In this document: one piece after another, positions 52,042 to 62,436 of the stretch
How the letters are laid out: every line of letters starts with the position of its first letter
Numbering within the stretch: position 1 is the stretch's first letter
Origin: an uncultured Actinomycetes bacterium
GTDB lineage: Bacteria > Actinomycetota > Acidimicrobiia > Spongiisociales > DATADW01
Assembly: GCA_963824995.1 (NCBI GenBank)
Contig: CAWGRK010000001.1
Span: 201,094-265,093, forward strand
Length of the DNA: 64,000 nucleotides
Reading direction: 5' to 3'
The notes under the pieces: generated by a model
The model's input: the letters and a program-made list of their open reading frames with translations, nothing else
What the model was told of the DNA's origin: nothing
Databases searched by the model: none
Position numbers and translations under genes: made by a program

Positions 52042-52425
52042 TCAGGCGAGGATCTTGGCCTTCTGAGCGGCGAACTCGTCGGCGGTGATGACCCCCGAGT
52101 CCCTCAACTGAGCCAGCTTGGTAAGTTCCTCGGCAGTCGAGGCACCACCAGTAGCGCTCACGTCCTGGATATACCGCCGTGTTGCCTTCTCCTGCTCAGC
52201 CGCCTGAGCAATGGCACGCTCCTGCATCGACTTCCCGCGGGCGATCAGATACACCAGCACACCGAGATAGGGGAGGATGATCACGAACAGCACCCAAAGC
52301 GCCTTGCCCCAGCCCGAGAGGTCGTCGCTGCGGAAGATGTCGGCGAAGACGGTGATCAGCAGCCAGATCCACACGAAGAACAAGAAGAACCACAGCATCG
52401 CCCAGAACAGATCCAACAACGGCAT
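52042..52425 (-). CDS. PLDc_N-like membrane hairpin + SHOCT protein
   Basis: DIFRSDDLSGWGKALW..PYLGVLVYLIARG, then ELTKLAQLRDSGVITADEFAAQKAKIL. Confidence 0.88.
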   Translation of the reverse strand: MPLLDLFWAMLWFFLFFVWIWLLITVFADIFRSDDLSGWGKALWVLFVIILPYLGVLVYLIARGKSMQERAIAQAAEQEKATRRYIQDVSATGGASTAEELTKLAQLRDSGVITADEFAAQKAKILA

Positions 52426-52641
52426 ACGAGCCACTCCTCTCAGACGCGTCGTCCCATGTGAACGACCGACAGAGGGTAACCGCCCGCCAGGACGCTCAGT
52501 CCGCCGGGCTGCGGTGGCCGCAGACAGGTTGCAAACGCTGGCTCACTCCTCATGCCCCGACGCTGACTGCCAGGTCACCCGCCGGAGGTCGCCGGATAGT
52601 GGTGGAGTAGTGTCTGGTTTCCCACCAACTAGGAGGTCACG

Positions 52642-52977
52642 ATGTCCGACATAAGCGATGTCGCCCGCGATATGCCGATTCTGCAAGAGGCGCTCTCGAT
52701 GACAGTTGACAGCTTCGAGCGATCGGGGCTCGATGATCGGACCTTCGTGATGGTGAGGATCGCCGCTCTCGCCGCCACCGGTGCCAATCCCGCTTCGTGG
52801 CTGTTCAATTTGGATGCCGCCGCCAACAGCGGTGTCAGCACCGACGACGTCCAGAGCGTCTTGGTAGCCGTGATGCCGATAATTGGAACCCCGCGGACGG
52901 TGGCGGCCATCGGAAACGCCATGCGGGGAGTTGGGATGGGCATCGCCGGATCGCAGATGGGTGAAGACGAGGTCTGA
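52642..52977 (+). CDS. Carboxymuconolactone decarboxylase/AhpD-like protein (no CxxC)
   Basis: SGLDDRTFVMVRIAALAA...PIIGTPR; AGGAGG RBS. Confidence 0.75.
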   Translation: MSDISDVARDMPILQEALSMTVDSFERSGLDDRTFVMVRIAALAATGANPASWLFNLDAAANSGVSTDDVQSVLVAVMPIIGTPRTVAAIGNAMRGVGMGIAGSQMGEDEV

Positions 52978-53026
52978 TCGGCAGCGCTCAGAGTTCGCAC
53001 ACAGAAAAGCCGAGGAAACCCGTAGG

Positions 53027-54322
53027 TCAATCGGTCGACACTGACGGGTCGCGCCGCCTCTTCCACGCCCAGTCGAGGACGACACTCAACGCCAATATCA
53101 CCACAATCGCCACCGCGGTAGCGGGCTCCTCTACCAGAGTCGTAAATGCGAAGGTCAAGAGCACACCAGCGGTGGTGACGACCCCCAGGATCAAGAGCCA
53201 GGCACTCGCTCCCGTTTCGGCGCGGACCCGTATGTGCCCTGCGGTGACCAATGTGAAGACCAGTAGGGCGATCGCACTACCGATAGAGGCGATCGCCGAC
53301 AGATCGAACCATACGGCCAAGACGATGGCCGCCAGGGCCGTGATGACCAATCCGGCTGGTGCCCTTCCTCCCAACCGGCGACCCATCAAGGGCGGGAACT
53401 GCCCGATGGTGGCCATCTGCTCGGACAGCCCGGCCGCCGGGTACAACCCGGCGTTGGTGGCGCCCGCTGTGGCGAACAGGGCGGTGACGCTCATCAACCA
53501 GTAGCCCGCCTGACCCAAGATCGGTTCGGCGGCGACCGCCAGGGCCGTGCCACCCGATTCGATCACCTCGTCAACCGTGAGGGTTCCGAACACACCGAGC
53601 GCCACCGCGACGTAGATCACCGTCGCGATGCCCAACGCCAGGAACACCGCTCGGGGGAGTTGGCGGGCCGGGTCGGACAGATCCTTGGCGGTGAATGTGA
53701 TCACACCGAATCCGAGAAATGCGAAGAAGGTCAGGGCAACGCTGGAGACGATGTCACCCAAGCCTGGGTATCCCGAAACGGCGAGAAGACCGGGCTCGAG
53801 GTTCGCCAGTGTGGCGACGGCGAACAGAATCAGGATCCCTATGACCACGAAAACCACGAGGCTCTGCACGCGAGCCACCGCCTGAGACCCCGCCAGATTG
53901 AGCCACGCCATGACCACGACGACCAGCACGGCAAAGCCTTTGATCCATCCGGCGCTTCCGTCGGTGAACATCGAGCTGGCGTAGCTGCCGAAGGAAACGG
54001 CAACCATGCCGGTGATGATGGCGTTGGTGGCAAATATCAGCCACGCGAGGATCCCTGTGACGTGGCCCTCACCGAATCCCCTCACCACGTATTCGAGGAG
54101 CCCACCGGCCGAGGGATAACGAGCACCGAACTTCGAAAAGGAATATCCCTGGAGGCCAGCAATCGCCCCGGCGATGAGAAACGAGAGCCAGACCGCGGCA
54201 CCGGCCACCTCGCCTGCCGCACCGAGTAGGGAGAATATTCCGGCGCCAACCATGGCCGCCACGCCGATGAACGCCGCCTGGCGGACCGACAGCCTCGCTG
54301 AAGGGGACCCCTCGCTCATCAC
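53027..54322 (-). CDS. APC family amino acid permease
   Basis: MVGAGIF, YPSAGG and FFAFLGF motifs; about 12 TM segments. Confidence 0.9.
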   Translation of the reverse strand: MMSEGSPSARLSVRQAAFIGVAAMVGAGIFSLLGAAGEVAGAAVWLSFLIAGAIAGLQGYSFSKFGARYPSAGGLLEYVVRGFGEGHVTGILAWLIFATNAIITGMVAVSFGSYASSMFTDGSAGWIKGFAVLVVVVMAWLNLAGSQAVARVQSLVVFVVIGILILFAVATLANLEPGLLAVSGYPGLGDIVSSVALTFFAFLGFGVITFTAKDLSDPARQLPRAVFLALGIATVIYVAVALGVFGTLTVDEVIESGGTALAVAAEPILGQAGYWLMSVTALFATAGATNAGLYPAAGLSEQMATIGQFPPLMGRRLGGRAPAGLVITALAAIVLAVWFDLSAIASIGSAIALLVFTLVTAGHIRVRAETGASAWLLILGVVTTAGVLLTFAFTTLVEEPATAVAIVVILALSVVLDWAWKRRRDPSVSTD

Positions 54323-54405
54323 TGCTCCTACATCAGGCCGCTGATCGACTACGCACCGTCTGATAGTTTTCTACTCGGCGGACTCCGGAAGTCGGGGGTG
54401 TGCGC

Positions 54406-55767
54406 ATGGCTGTAGATCGGCTGGATGTCTCTGACGTTTCGACCAAGGTGGAGACCCTTCTCCCAGACCTTATCAGTGACCTCAAGCACCTGACGGCGAT
54501 ACCCTCGATCGCCTTCCCCGGCTACCCGCCGGAGATGGTCGTCCAGGCTCACGACTTCGTGGTCGGACTGCTGCGCGATGTCGGAGTGGAGAAGATCGAG
54601 ACCATCGACCTTCCCGATACGTCACCGATCGTCTTCGCCGAGGTCGAAGGTCCTCCGAACTCGCCAACGGTCCTTCTGTACTCGCATTACGACGTTCAAC
54701 CGCCGGGCGACGAGTCCCTCTGGACTCATAAGCCGTTCGAGCCGGTTGAAGAGAACGGGGTCATCTACGGGCGGGGTGTCGCTGACGACAAGTCAAACCT
54801 GATGGCCCACATCGGGGCATTGCGCTACTTCGACGGCAAGCCGCCGGTCAACCTCAAGATCGTCTTCGAGGGCCAGGAGGAATACGGCAGCCCGTTCGAC
54901 TATTACCCCCCCACAGATCCGGAGAGGTTCGCATGCGATGCAATGGTCATCGCCGACATGGGCAATATCCGGCCGGGGGTCCCGACCTTCACCACTGCCC
55001 TACGCGGCGACGCCGAGGTGACGGTTGAAGTCCGCACGCTTCCCGAGCCCAAGCACAGCGGCGAATACGGAGGTCCGGCTCCGGATGCCCTCATCACGCT
55101 GATCCATGCTCTTTCCACCCTGCATGACGAGCGGGGTAGCCCGGCTGTGGAGGGTCTGCGGCGCGACAGGTGGGAAGGAGCACAACCCATCGACGAGGCG
55201 CTATACCGCCAAATGGCGGGCTTGGCGCCGGACAGCGCCCTCTTTGGCGAGGGCACCATTGCCGACCGACTCTGGGCCGGCCCGGCGCTGACGGTCGTCG
55301 GGCTCGACGCCCCGACCACGGAAGGAGCGGTGCTGGCCGTAGTGCCACATGCCAAGGCACTCATCAACATCCGTGTACATCCACTACAGAAAGCCAAGGA
55401 CGCCCAAGCCGCGGTCGTCGAGCATCTCCGACGGATCAGGCCATTCGGAATAGAGCTCATCGTCGAGCCCGTCGAGGCAGGCGATGGCTTCGAGACCACC
55501 ACGGACGGACCGGCATACGCTGCCGCCCGGGCGGCCCTTGCCTTGGCGTGGGGTCGGGAACCCATCGAGATCGGCAGTGGAGGGGCGATCCCTCTGGTCA
55601 GCGGCCTACAAGCTGCCGTACCGGAGGCAGAGGTCTTGCTCTTCGGCGCAGAGGACATGCTCTGCAACCTCCATGCTCCCAACGAGCGGCTTGTCATCGA
55701 CGAGTTCCGACGGACGGTGATCGCCATGGTCGATTTCTTCGAGAGGTTCGCCGCCCAGCACCGATGA
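54406..55767 (+). CDS. M20 family metallopeptidase (dipeptidase-like)
   Basis: HYDVQP, GRGVADDK, EGQEE, HSG and HAPNE motifs. Confidence 0.9.
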   Translation: MAVDRLDVSDVSTKVETLLPDLISDLKHLTAIPSIAFPGYPPEMVVQAHDFVVGLLRDVGVEKIETIDLPDTSPIVFAEVEGPPNSPTVLLYSHYDVQPPGDESLWTHKPFEPVEENGVIYGRGVADDKSNLMAHIGALRYFDGKPPVNLKIVFEGQEEYGSPFDYYPPTDPERFACDAMVIADMGNIRPGVPTFTTALRGDAEVTVEVRTLPEPKHSGEYGGPAPDALITLIHALSTLHDERGSPAVEGLRRDRWEGAQPIDEALYRQMAGLAPDSALFGEGTIADRLWAGPALTVVGLDAPTTEGAVLAVVPHAKALINIRVHPLQKAKDAQAAVVEHLRRIRPFGIELIVEPVEAGDGFETTTDGPAYAAARAALALAWGREPIEIGSGGAIPLVSGLQAAVPEAEVLLFGAEDMLCNLHAPNERLVIDEFRRTVIAMVDFFERFAAQHR

Positions 55768-55886
55768 AGACGAGTCGTGGGTCGTAGTCGGTACACCTGG
55801 TTGAATGGGACACCCCTTTGAGGGTGGTGTGATTGCCTCCGACGGGCGCGAACATCCGCCCTTTCGAGCCGAAGGAGCGCCCGGGT

Positions 55887-57144
55887 ATGAGGTGGATGGC
55901 TTATGGGCACCGGTCCGTAGCGGTACTGGCGGTTGTCGCCCTGATGATCTCGGCGTGCAGTCAGGGTGCCGGAGTGAACACGACAGGGGGCACCGGCACC
56001 GAAGCACCGGCGACGACCGAGCGGAGGGATCCAATAGCGGCAGCCGAGGCGCAGGTCGAGGCGGCTGAGTCGGGCGTCACCGAGGCCCAGGACGCCCTGA
56101 CCGCGGCCGGCGAGCAATTCTGCAGCGAAGCAACCGGCTATGTCGAAGCACTCGATCGCTACGGCAAGCTGTTCACCGACCAAGTAGCCACGGTCGGTGA
56201 TGTGACGACCGCCGGCACCGACCTCGTCGAGCCGCGCGAGTCGGTGGCGTCTGCGGCAGACGGCGTCGAAGAGGCCAAGACCGCTCTCGCCGACGCCGAG
56301 CAGGAGCTCATCGACGCTCAGGCCGCACTGGCAGCGGCGGTCGCCACCGCTTCCAGCGTGCCCACCACCTCGACAACTCCGGGGACGACGACCACGACGA
56401 CAATCGTGCCGGCGGCCACCATCGAGCGGGTGCAGCAGGCCGAGGACGATCTCGCCCAGGCAGCCAGGGGTATCACGGATGCCACCCCGCTGACGGAGGC
56501 GACGGCCGAGTACAACTCGGCGGCCCTCGCCCTCCAAATCGCCTGGCTGAGGCTGCTCTCAGACGCCGGTTGCCTCAGCGACGAGCAGCAGTCCGAGGCC
56601 GTCACCCAGGTGACCGCCTACACGACGACGCTGCAGACCGAGTTACAGCAGGTGGGCTACTACGACGGCGCCATCGACGGGATATACGGCCCACAGACCG
56701 TCGAGGCGGTGAAGCGACTGCAGGCCGACAGCGACTTACGCCGGACGGGATTCGTCGACGTGGCAACCACCCAGGCACTCGATGCCCTGTTGGCGGAGCT
56801 CGGGGAAGAGGCCGCGGCTGCGGAGATGACGCACACCGCGACGGTGCAGACCGTGCTCACACTGACCGGTCACTGGACCGGTCCGATCGACGGAATGTGG
56901 ACCGACGAGCTCACCGCCGCGCTGGTGGCGTTCCAGACGGAATTGGGCGTCGAGCCAACCGGAGAAGTAGACGCCGCCACCTTGGCCGCCTTCCAGCAGG
57001 CACTCGCCGCGCTCGAAGAGCGCGGTCACGTCGACGACACCGCCGGCAACCACCACCACGCCGGCAACGACCACTCCGCCGCCGGCCACGACCACGCCGC
57101 CGCCGGCCACGACCACGCCGCCGGCCACGACCACGCCGGGCTGA
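55887..57144 (+). CDS. Lipoprotein with two peptidoglycan-binding domains and coiled coil; probable frameshift near 57020
   Basis: Lipobox ISAC; DGIYGPQT..AVKRLQ and DGMWT....AALVAFQ..LGVEPTG PG_binding_1 repeats. A Thr/Pro tail in the shifted frame ends at TGA 57144; the unshifted frame ends at 57266. Confidence 0.8.
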
Positions 57145-57208
57145 GTACAAGTCGCCCGCATCTCCCTATGGTGGGACCGGCTACCGGATCCAGCGGTTCC
57201 CAGGTCGG

Positions 57209-57263
57209 TTGCAGGCTGCGGACCGTCGTTATATCGTTTGGTCCAGTCTCCGCAATCGATTGC
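57209..57263 (+). promoter_or_regulatory. Promoter plus LacI-type operator upstream of the ABC ATPase pair
   Basis: TTGCAG-N17-TATCGT followed by the perfect palindrome GCAATCGATTGC (57252-57263). Confidence 0.65.
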
Positions 57264-57390
57264 TGAGGATCGGAGAGGAGCCGGCGACTGGCTAACGGGG
57301 CCGATGGGATCGGCGTACCGGGGCGGGATGCAGCCGGCCGGCAAGCCTGCGGACTTGTTGCGGCAGTCTCTTCGGAGGTAGGTCGAGGCG

Positions 57391-58620
57391 ATGCGTGACG
57401 AGATTTGGATCGGGGGCATTACCACCGGTAATACGCACGCCCGGTCGGATACGAGGCCGCTCGTCGCCTCGGTGCGGGATCTCCGGGTCCACTTCAACTC
57501 CAAGGCCGGTGTCGTCCACGCCGTGGATGGCGTCTCCTTCGACATCAGAGACAACGAGACCCTCGGTCTCGTGGGAGAGACCGGTTGTGGCAAGAGCGTT
57601 ACCGCTCGGGCATTCATCCGCCTGATCCCGACGCCGCCCGGCATGTATGCCGGTGGCCAGATCGAATTCCTGTCATCGGAGGCTCGCAGGTACAACCACG
57701 ATCCGATCGATCTGCTCACGATTCCTCACGAAGAGATGCTCTCGATTCGGGGCGATCGCATAGCCATGATCTTCCAGGATCCGGGCAAGGCGCTCAATCC
57801 TGCCCTGTCGATTCGGAGCCAGATCGCCGAGGTCTTCTACCAGCACCGGTCCGATGAGATCCTCGAGGCTCTGGGTCCCGATGTGCCCGCCATCATCCGC
57901 AAGGCCGCCAGGCAGGAGACGAGCATCATCGACAGACTCCTGATGAGGGTCCCACCCTGGCGAGCGAAGGCAGCCAAGCTGAACGAGCGGGTGGACGAGC
58001 TCGTGATCCATGCCCTCGCCGAGACTCAGATCGCCAATCCACGAAAGATCATGGAGAGCTATCCCCACGAGCTCTCCGGGGGCATGAAGCAGCGCGTCCT
58101 AATCGCCCAGGCCCTGGCCTGCAACCCCGATCTGCTCATCGCCGACGAGCCGACCACGGCCCTTGACGTGACCATCCAGGCGAGGATCCTCGAGCTCCTC
58201 GCCGAGCTGCAGGAGCGCCTCGAGACATCCGTCCTCTACATCAGTCACGACCTTTCTCTGGTAAAGGAGATCTGCGATCGGGTGGCCGTCATGTACGCCG
58301 GTCGGATCGTCGAGACCGGAACCACCGAGGAGGTATTCCGCAACCCTCTGCACCCATACACGAGAGGGCTGATGGCTGCGGTTCCTTCGACCGCCCACAG
58401 ACGGGGTGAGCTGGCGGCCATCCATGGGAACGTGCCCGAGTTGGTGGATCCGTCGCCATCGTGTCGATTCAGCACCCGATGCCCCTACGCAGTAGAGATC
58501 TGCCGGACGACCGATCCCTCGCTGGTGACCGTGGAGGATGAGCACTCGGTCTCGTGCTTTGCCTACGACACGGTTGACGGCAACGTGCTGCTCCCGTCCG
58601 TGGAGAGGTGGGTCTCTTGA
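57391..58620 (+). CDS. Dpp/Opp-type ABC ATP-binding protein (DppD-like)
   Basis: [32 protein letters not shown] motifs and Cys-containing C-terminal domain. Confidence 0.92.
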   Translation: MRDEIWIGGITTGNTHARSDTRPLVASVRDLRVHFNSKAGVVHAVDGVSFDIRDNETLGLVGETGCGKSVTARAFIRLIPTPPGMYAGGQIEFLSSEARRYNHDPIDLLTIPHEEMLSIRGDRIAMIFQDPGKALNPALSIRSQIAEVFYQHRSDEILEALGPDVPAIIRKAARQETSIIDRLLMRVPPWRAKAAKLNERVDELVIHALAETQIANPRKIMESYPHELSGGMKQRVLIAQALACNPDLLIADEPTTALDVTIQARILELLAELQERLETSVLYISHDLSLVKEICDRVAVMYAGRIVETGTTEEVFRNPLHPYTRGLMAAVPSTAHRRGELAAIHGNVPELVDPSPSCRFSTRCPYAVEICRTTDPSLVTVEDEHSVSCFAYDTVDGNVLLPSVERWVS

Positions 58621-59975
58621 CCTCGGTCACAACCAGGGCCGGAGCCCCACAATTGGCGAAGTCGGATCGGTCGGTCATATCGGTGCGTGAGGCCGAGAAG
58701 TACTTTCCCATCAGGGAAGGAACCCTGCAGCGGGTGGTGGGCAACGTGAAGGCCGTCGACGGGGTCTCCTTCGAGGTGCGCCCCGGAGAGACGGTGGGGC
58801 TGGTGGGTGAGTCGGGATGCGGGAAGACCACGCTCGGCCGCTGCATCACCGGGCTGGTCCCTACGACTGGCGGCAGCATCTACTTCAGGCTCTCCGACCA
58901 GGATGCCGCCTTCCTCGACTCGGTCGAGCCCATACCCGAGCCCGAGCGCAGCCGGGAACAGCAGGCGGAGTTGGAGAGGATCGACTCCAACCACCGCATC
59001 GGCCGAATGGGAAGACGTGCCTGGCGGACCTATCGCCGCAACTGCCAGATCGTCTTCCAGGACTCTTTCAGTTCGCTCAATCCGAGACACCTGGTCAAGG
59101 ACCTGGTGGGGCGACCCCTCCGGGTCTACAAGGAAGCGTCCGGCCAGGAACTGACCGACAGGGTGGTCGAGTTGTTGGAGAGCGTCGGTCTCGGGCGGCA
59201 GCATCTCTACCGCTTCCCACACCAGTTCTCCGGAGGTCAGAGGCAGCGGATCTCCATCGCCAGGGCCCTGGCGCTCGATCCCGAGTTCATCGTCCTCGAC
59301 GAGCCGACAAGCGCACTCGACGTGTCGGTGCAGGCGCAGATACTCAACCTGCTGCACGACCTGCAGACCGAACGCGGTCTCACCTATCTGTTCATCAGCC
59401 ACGACCTCGGCGTGGTGCGTTTGATGAGCGATCGTGTCGCAGTCATGTACCTCGGCAAGGTGGCCGAATACGGCACCGCCGAGGAGTTGTTCCAGGATCC
59501 CAGGCATCCCTATACAGATGCGCTCCTCGCCGCCAACCCCGACATCAACTCACAGCAGTCCGAGATGAAGGGTCTGCGGGGCACGGTCCCTGATCCTGCC
59601 AGCCCACCCGAAGGCTGCCGGTTCCACACTCGCTGCCCCGTAGCCACGCCGATATGCGGCTGGGAAGTTGACGACCTCGTTGCCTGGCTTCACGCCAACG
59701 ACCTGCTGCTCAGCGGTCTCGCCGACGTCGAGCGGCGGTCCAACTTCGACGCCACTCTCGTCTTCCAGGACGAGGCCGCCGCATCGATCGTGGCAACGTC
59801 CGCCGAAAGCGGCGACATGCCCCCTGCGATGAAGGCGGCGCTCGAAGACCTATCGATCGATGACCGGAAGATCCACATCCGGTTCGCGCCGGTCGAACCG
59901 GTCGAATTGGAGGACATCGGTGGTGGTCATCTCACCGCATGCGTCCTCCACACCAGCCGCGCCGCTACCCGCTAG
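58617..59975 (+). CDS. Dpp/Opp-type ABC ATP-binding protein (DppF-like) with insertions
   Basis: GESGCGKT, FPHQFSGGQ, LDEPTS, HPYT and GCRFHTRC motifs. Confidence 0.92.
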   Translation: MTSVTTRAGAPQLAKSDRSVISVREAEKYFPIREGTLQRVVGNVKAVDGVSFEVRPGETVGLVGESGCGKTTLGRCITGLVPTTGGSIYFRLSDQDAAFLDSVEPIPEPERSREQQAELERIDSNHRIGRMGRRAWRTYRRNCQIVFQDSFSSLNPRHLVKDLVGRPLRVYKEASGQELTDRVVELLESVGLGRQHLYRFPHQFSGGQRQRISIARALALDPEFIVLDEPTSALDVSVQAQILNLLHDLQTERGLTYLFISHDLGVVRLMSDRVAVMYLGKVAEYGTAEELFQDPRHPYTDALLAANPDINSQQSEMKGLRGTVPDPASPPEGCRFHTRCPVATPICGWEVDDLVAWLHANDLLLSGLADVERRSNFDATLVFQDEAAASIVATSAESGDMPPAMKAALEDLSIDDRKIHIRFAPVEPVELEDIGGGHLTACVLHTSRAATR

Positions 59976-60098
59976 GTGCCCGTTCGGGTGGTAGGTCGGC
60001 GGTGGCGGCGAGCCCGACGCCTACTGCTGGCCGATCGCTGACGAACGCGTCGGGCTACTTGGCCGCGCCCGGGACACCGGGCCACGGCCATGCCCGAA

Positions 60099-60581
60099 CT
60101 ACTCGGCTGAGAGATCGGGGGGGTTGAGACCGACCGCCCTGAGGAGGCCCAGTTCGTCCCCGAAGTACCAGGCCTCGACGATGACCCCCTCCTCGACTCG
60201 CCACAACCCGACCTCGATCACGTCGATGTGACGCCCGGTCGCAGGGATGCCGTACAACGATCCGGTGTGGGTCCCCACCACCCGGAAGATCCCCCACACC
60301 TTGTCGTTCTTGGCGGTCAGATCGAGGAGGATGTTCTGACGGTCACGCATCGAGTCGTCGTCCATTCCCTTGGGCCCTTCGGCCTCCCAGAGGTCGCCGA
60401 TATGCGTGAACCCCGCCCGGTGGCGTTTGAAGTCCGCTGCGAGGAAGGGGCGCCTCTCCGAGACCTTGGCAACCCTGTAGGAGGCGACCACGGCGAGAGC
60501 TCTCGCCTCCTCCTCGGTGCAGGTGCACTCGTTAGAGCCGAACATCGAGATGTGGGGGTGCTCCACCAGGGCCACGGTCAC
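60099..60581 (-). CDS. Ester cyclase / SnoaL-like (NTF2 fold) protein
   Basis: GTHTGSLYGIPATGR, WRVEEGVIVEAW..GDELGLL motifs. Confidence 0.8.
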   Translation of the reverse strand: MTVALVEHPHISMFGSNECTCTEEEARALAVVASYRVAKVSERRPFLAADFKRHRAGFTHIGDLWEAEGPKGMDDDSMRDRQNILLDLTAKNDKVWGIFRVVGTHTGSLYGIPATGRHIDVIEVGLWRVEEGVIVEAWYFGDELGLLRAVGLNPPDLSAE

Positions 60582-61630
60582 AACTCCACTATCGGCCGGA
60601 CCGCCTCACGGGACTCCAAGGCGGCCAGGGCTTCGCCGACGGAGTCGAGCGGGTATATGTGGGTGACGAGGGGGCCGAGATCCACCTTCCCCGAGCGCAT
60701 GAGGGCGATCATCGCCGGGTAGGCATTGGGGCTCGAACGGATCCCCATCAGGTCAACCTCATCCAACGTGATGCGGTCGATGTCGATCTCCGAGCGCTTG
60801 CCGCCGGTGAGACCGAGCACGGCGACCTTTCCTCCCCGTCGCACAGCGCCGATCGCCTGGGCGGGCACCTCAGGATTGCCGGTGCAGTCGAACACGTAGT
60901 CCACCCCGCGTCCCCCGGTGATGCGACGCACTCCGACATTTGGGTCCTCCTTCTCGTAGTCCACCACATCGTCACATCCCATCCGGGTGGCGAGTTCGAG
61001 CCGGCTGCCCCTCCCGACCATGATCAACTGCGACGCTCCCGAGGCCGCGGCCACCGCCGCCGTCAACAGCCCGAGGAGACCAGGGCCGAAGATGGCAACG
61101 GTCGATCCCGGGAGGAAGCCGACACGGCGAAGCGCGTGGACCGTCAACGATCCCTGGTTCACCAGGGCGCCCTCCAGCGGGCTGACCGAGTCGGGAAGCT
61201 TGTGGAGCATCTGGGCCGGTCTCACCGCGTACTCGGAAAGCGCACCCGGAGCGGTATGCCCGTAGAGCCGGTATCCGGGCGTCCCCGACTTCTCGCAGAG
61301 GTTGTACCGGCCCTGGCGGCACATGGGGCAACGACCACAGCCGACGTGGTTCTCGGCCACGATCTTGTCTCCTGGCCGCAGACCAAGATCGTCGAGGCCC
61401 TCGCCGAGGGCGACCACCTCCCCCGACCACTCGTGACCCATCACGAATGGCAAAGAGGGCGGCCACCCCCGCTCCTGGAACGCACCGCGCACCATCTTGA
61501 GGTCGGTGCCGCACAAGCCGCACGCCCTCACCCTGACCAGGACCTCACCAGCGGCGACCTCGGGCACCTCGACGTCCTCGACCGTGAGGTCGTTCCACGC
61601 TCTGAGCACGGCAGCCCTCATCGTGGTCAC
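60578..61630 (-). CDS. Zn-dependent alcohol/polyol dehydrogenase (MDR family)
   Basis: CGTD, GHEWSG, CGRCPMC...NLC and GPGLLG motifs. Confidence 0.9.
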   Translation of the reverse strand: MTTMRAAVLRAWNDLTVEDVEVPEVAAGEVLVRVRACGLCGTDLKMVRGAFQERGWPPSLPFVMGHEWSGEVVALGEGLDDLGLRPGDKIVAENHVGCGRCPMCRQGRYNLCEKSGTPGYRLYGHTAPGALSEYAVRPAQMLHKLPDSVSPLEGALVNQGSLTVHALRRVGFLPGSTVAIFGPGLLGLLTAAVAAASGASQLIMVGRGSRLELATRMGCDDVVDYEKEDPNVGVRRITGGRGVDYVFDCTGNPEVPAQAIGAVRRGGKVAVLGLTGGKRSEIDIDRITLDEVDLMGIRSSPNAYPAMIALMRSGKVDLGPLVTHIYPLDSVGEALAALESREAVRPIVEL

Positions 61631-62406
61631 AAGTCATCCTCCTCGGGGACCCGCTTCTCCAAGGCCTGCCACACCTCCTCCACCGAGCGGACGATGTAAT
61701 CCGCCACGGCGTCCATGATCTCCCCCGCTCGCGCATCGCCTACCGAGTCCGGTGTCCCATACCAGCCCTTCGGCGCCACCTCCCTGAAGTCCAACAGGAT
61801 CGGGAACACGTCGCGCCGCCGGAACAGGGCGTGTCCTTCGGACGCCTCATCCACCGGATCACCACCAATCCGCTGGTCGAGACGTACCAACCCGGGATCG
61901 TGGGCGAGAACCGCCGCCGTCTCCATCGATCCGGCGTGGGTGAATTCCATCTCGTCGGGAAAGAGCGAATTGGTGACCACGTGCGACTCGGCGACGAGGA
62001 CCCGCAACGGGAGTTGCTGCTGAGCGGTATCGGCGCCCAAGCGGATCGCCGTCGAGTTGCCCTCGTGCCAGTTGACGATGACCACCCGCTCAACGCCGGC
62101 AAGCGCCAGTCCCTCGCACACGTCGACGATCAGGGCGGCGAGGGTCTCGGGCCTGACACTGAGCGTTCCCGGCCAGGAGAGGTGATACGGAGCCACCCCG
62201 ACCGGCGTGAGCGGTAGGACGGGTGCCGCCAGGCGCTCACCGACCCGCAGGGCGATGGTGAGGGCGGCGAAAGCATCGGTCCCAAGTGGCAGGTGACCGC
62301 CGTGCTGCTCGATGCTCCCCGTCACCAGAACCGCCGTCCCCCGCGCCAGCGCCTCCTCGGCCTCGGGTTGCGTCATGTTCCCGAGAAGCACTGCGTCGTG
62401 ACTCAA
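61627..62406 (-). CDS. Creatininase family cyclic amide hydrolase
   Basis: GSIEQHGGHLPLGTD, NWHEGN and HAGSMET motifs; GGAGGGAG RBS before TTG 62406. Confidence 0.9.
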   Translation of the reverse strand: MSHDAVLLGNMTQPEAEEALARGTAVLVTGSIEQHGGHLPLGTDAFAALTIALRVGERLAAPVLPLTPVGVAPYHLSWPGTLSVRPETLAALIVDVCEGLALAGVERVVIVNWHEGNSTAIRLGADTAQQQLPLRVLVAESHVVTNSLFPDEMEFTHAGSMETAAVLAHDPGLVRLDQRIGGDPVDEASEGHALFRRRDVFPILLDFREVAPKGWYGTPDSVGDARAGEIMDAVADYIVRSVEEVWQALEKRVPEEDDL

Positions 62407-62436
62407 GTCCGATCTCCCTCCGCTCCCATCGCCTTG

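Noticed and set aside
39865..57250. arc block as a bona fide mobile element
   Set aside because: No integrase, transposase, tRNA or terminal repeats were seen; kept only as an island hypothesis.
60011..60056. 10-bp inverted repeat AGCCCGACGC...GCGTCGGGCT as a MITE/REP element
   Set aside because: Single copy between convergent genes; more simply a terminator-like hairpin.
60578..62406. Mycofactocin locus (MftE-like creatininase plus dehydrogenase)
   Set aside because: No mftA precursor, MftB or radical SAM MftC gene in the window.
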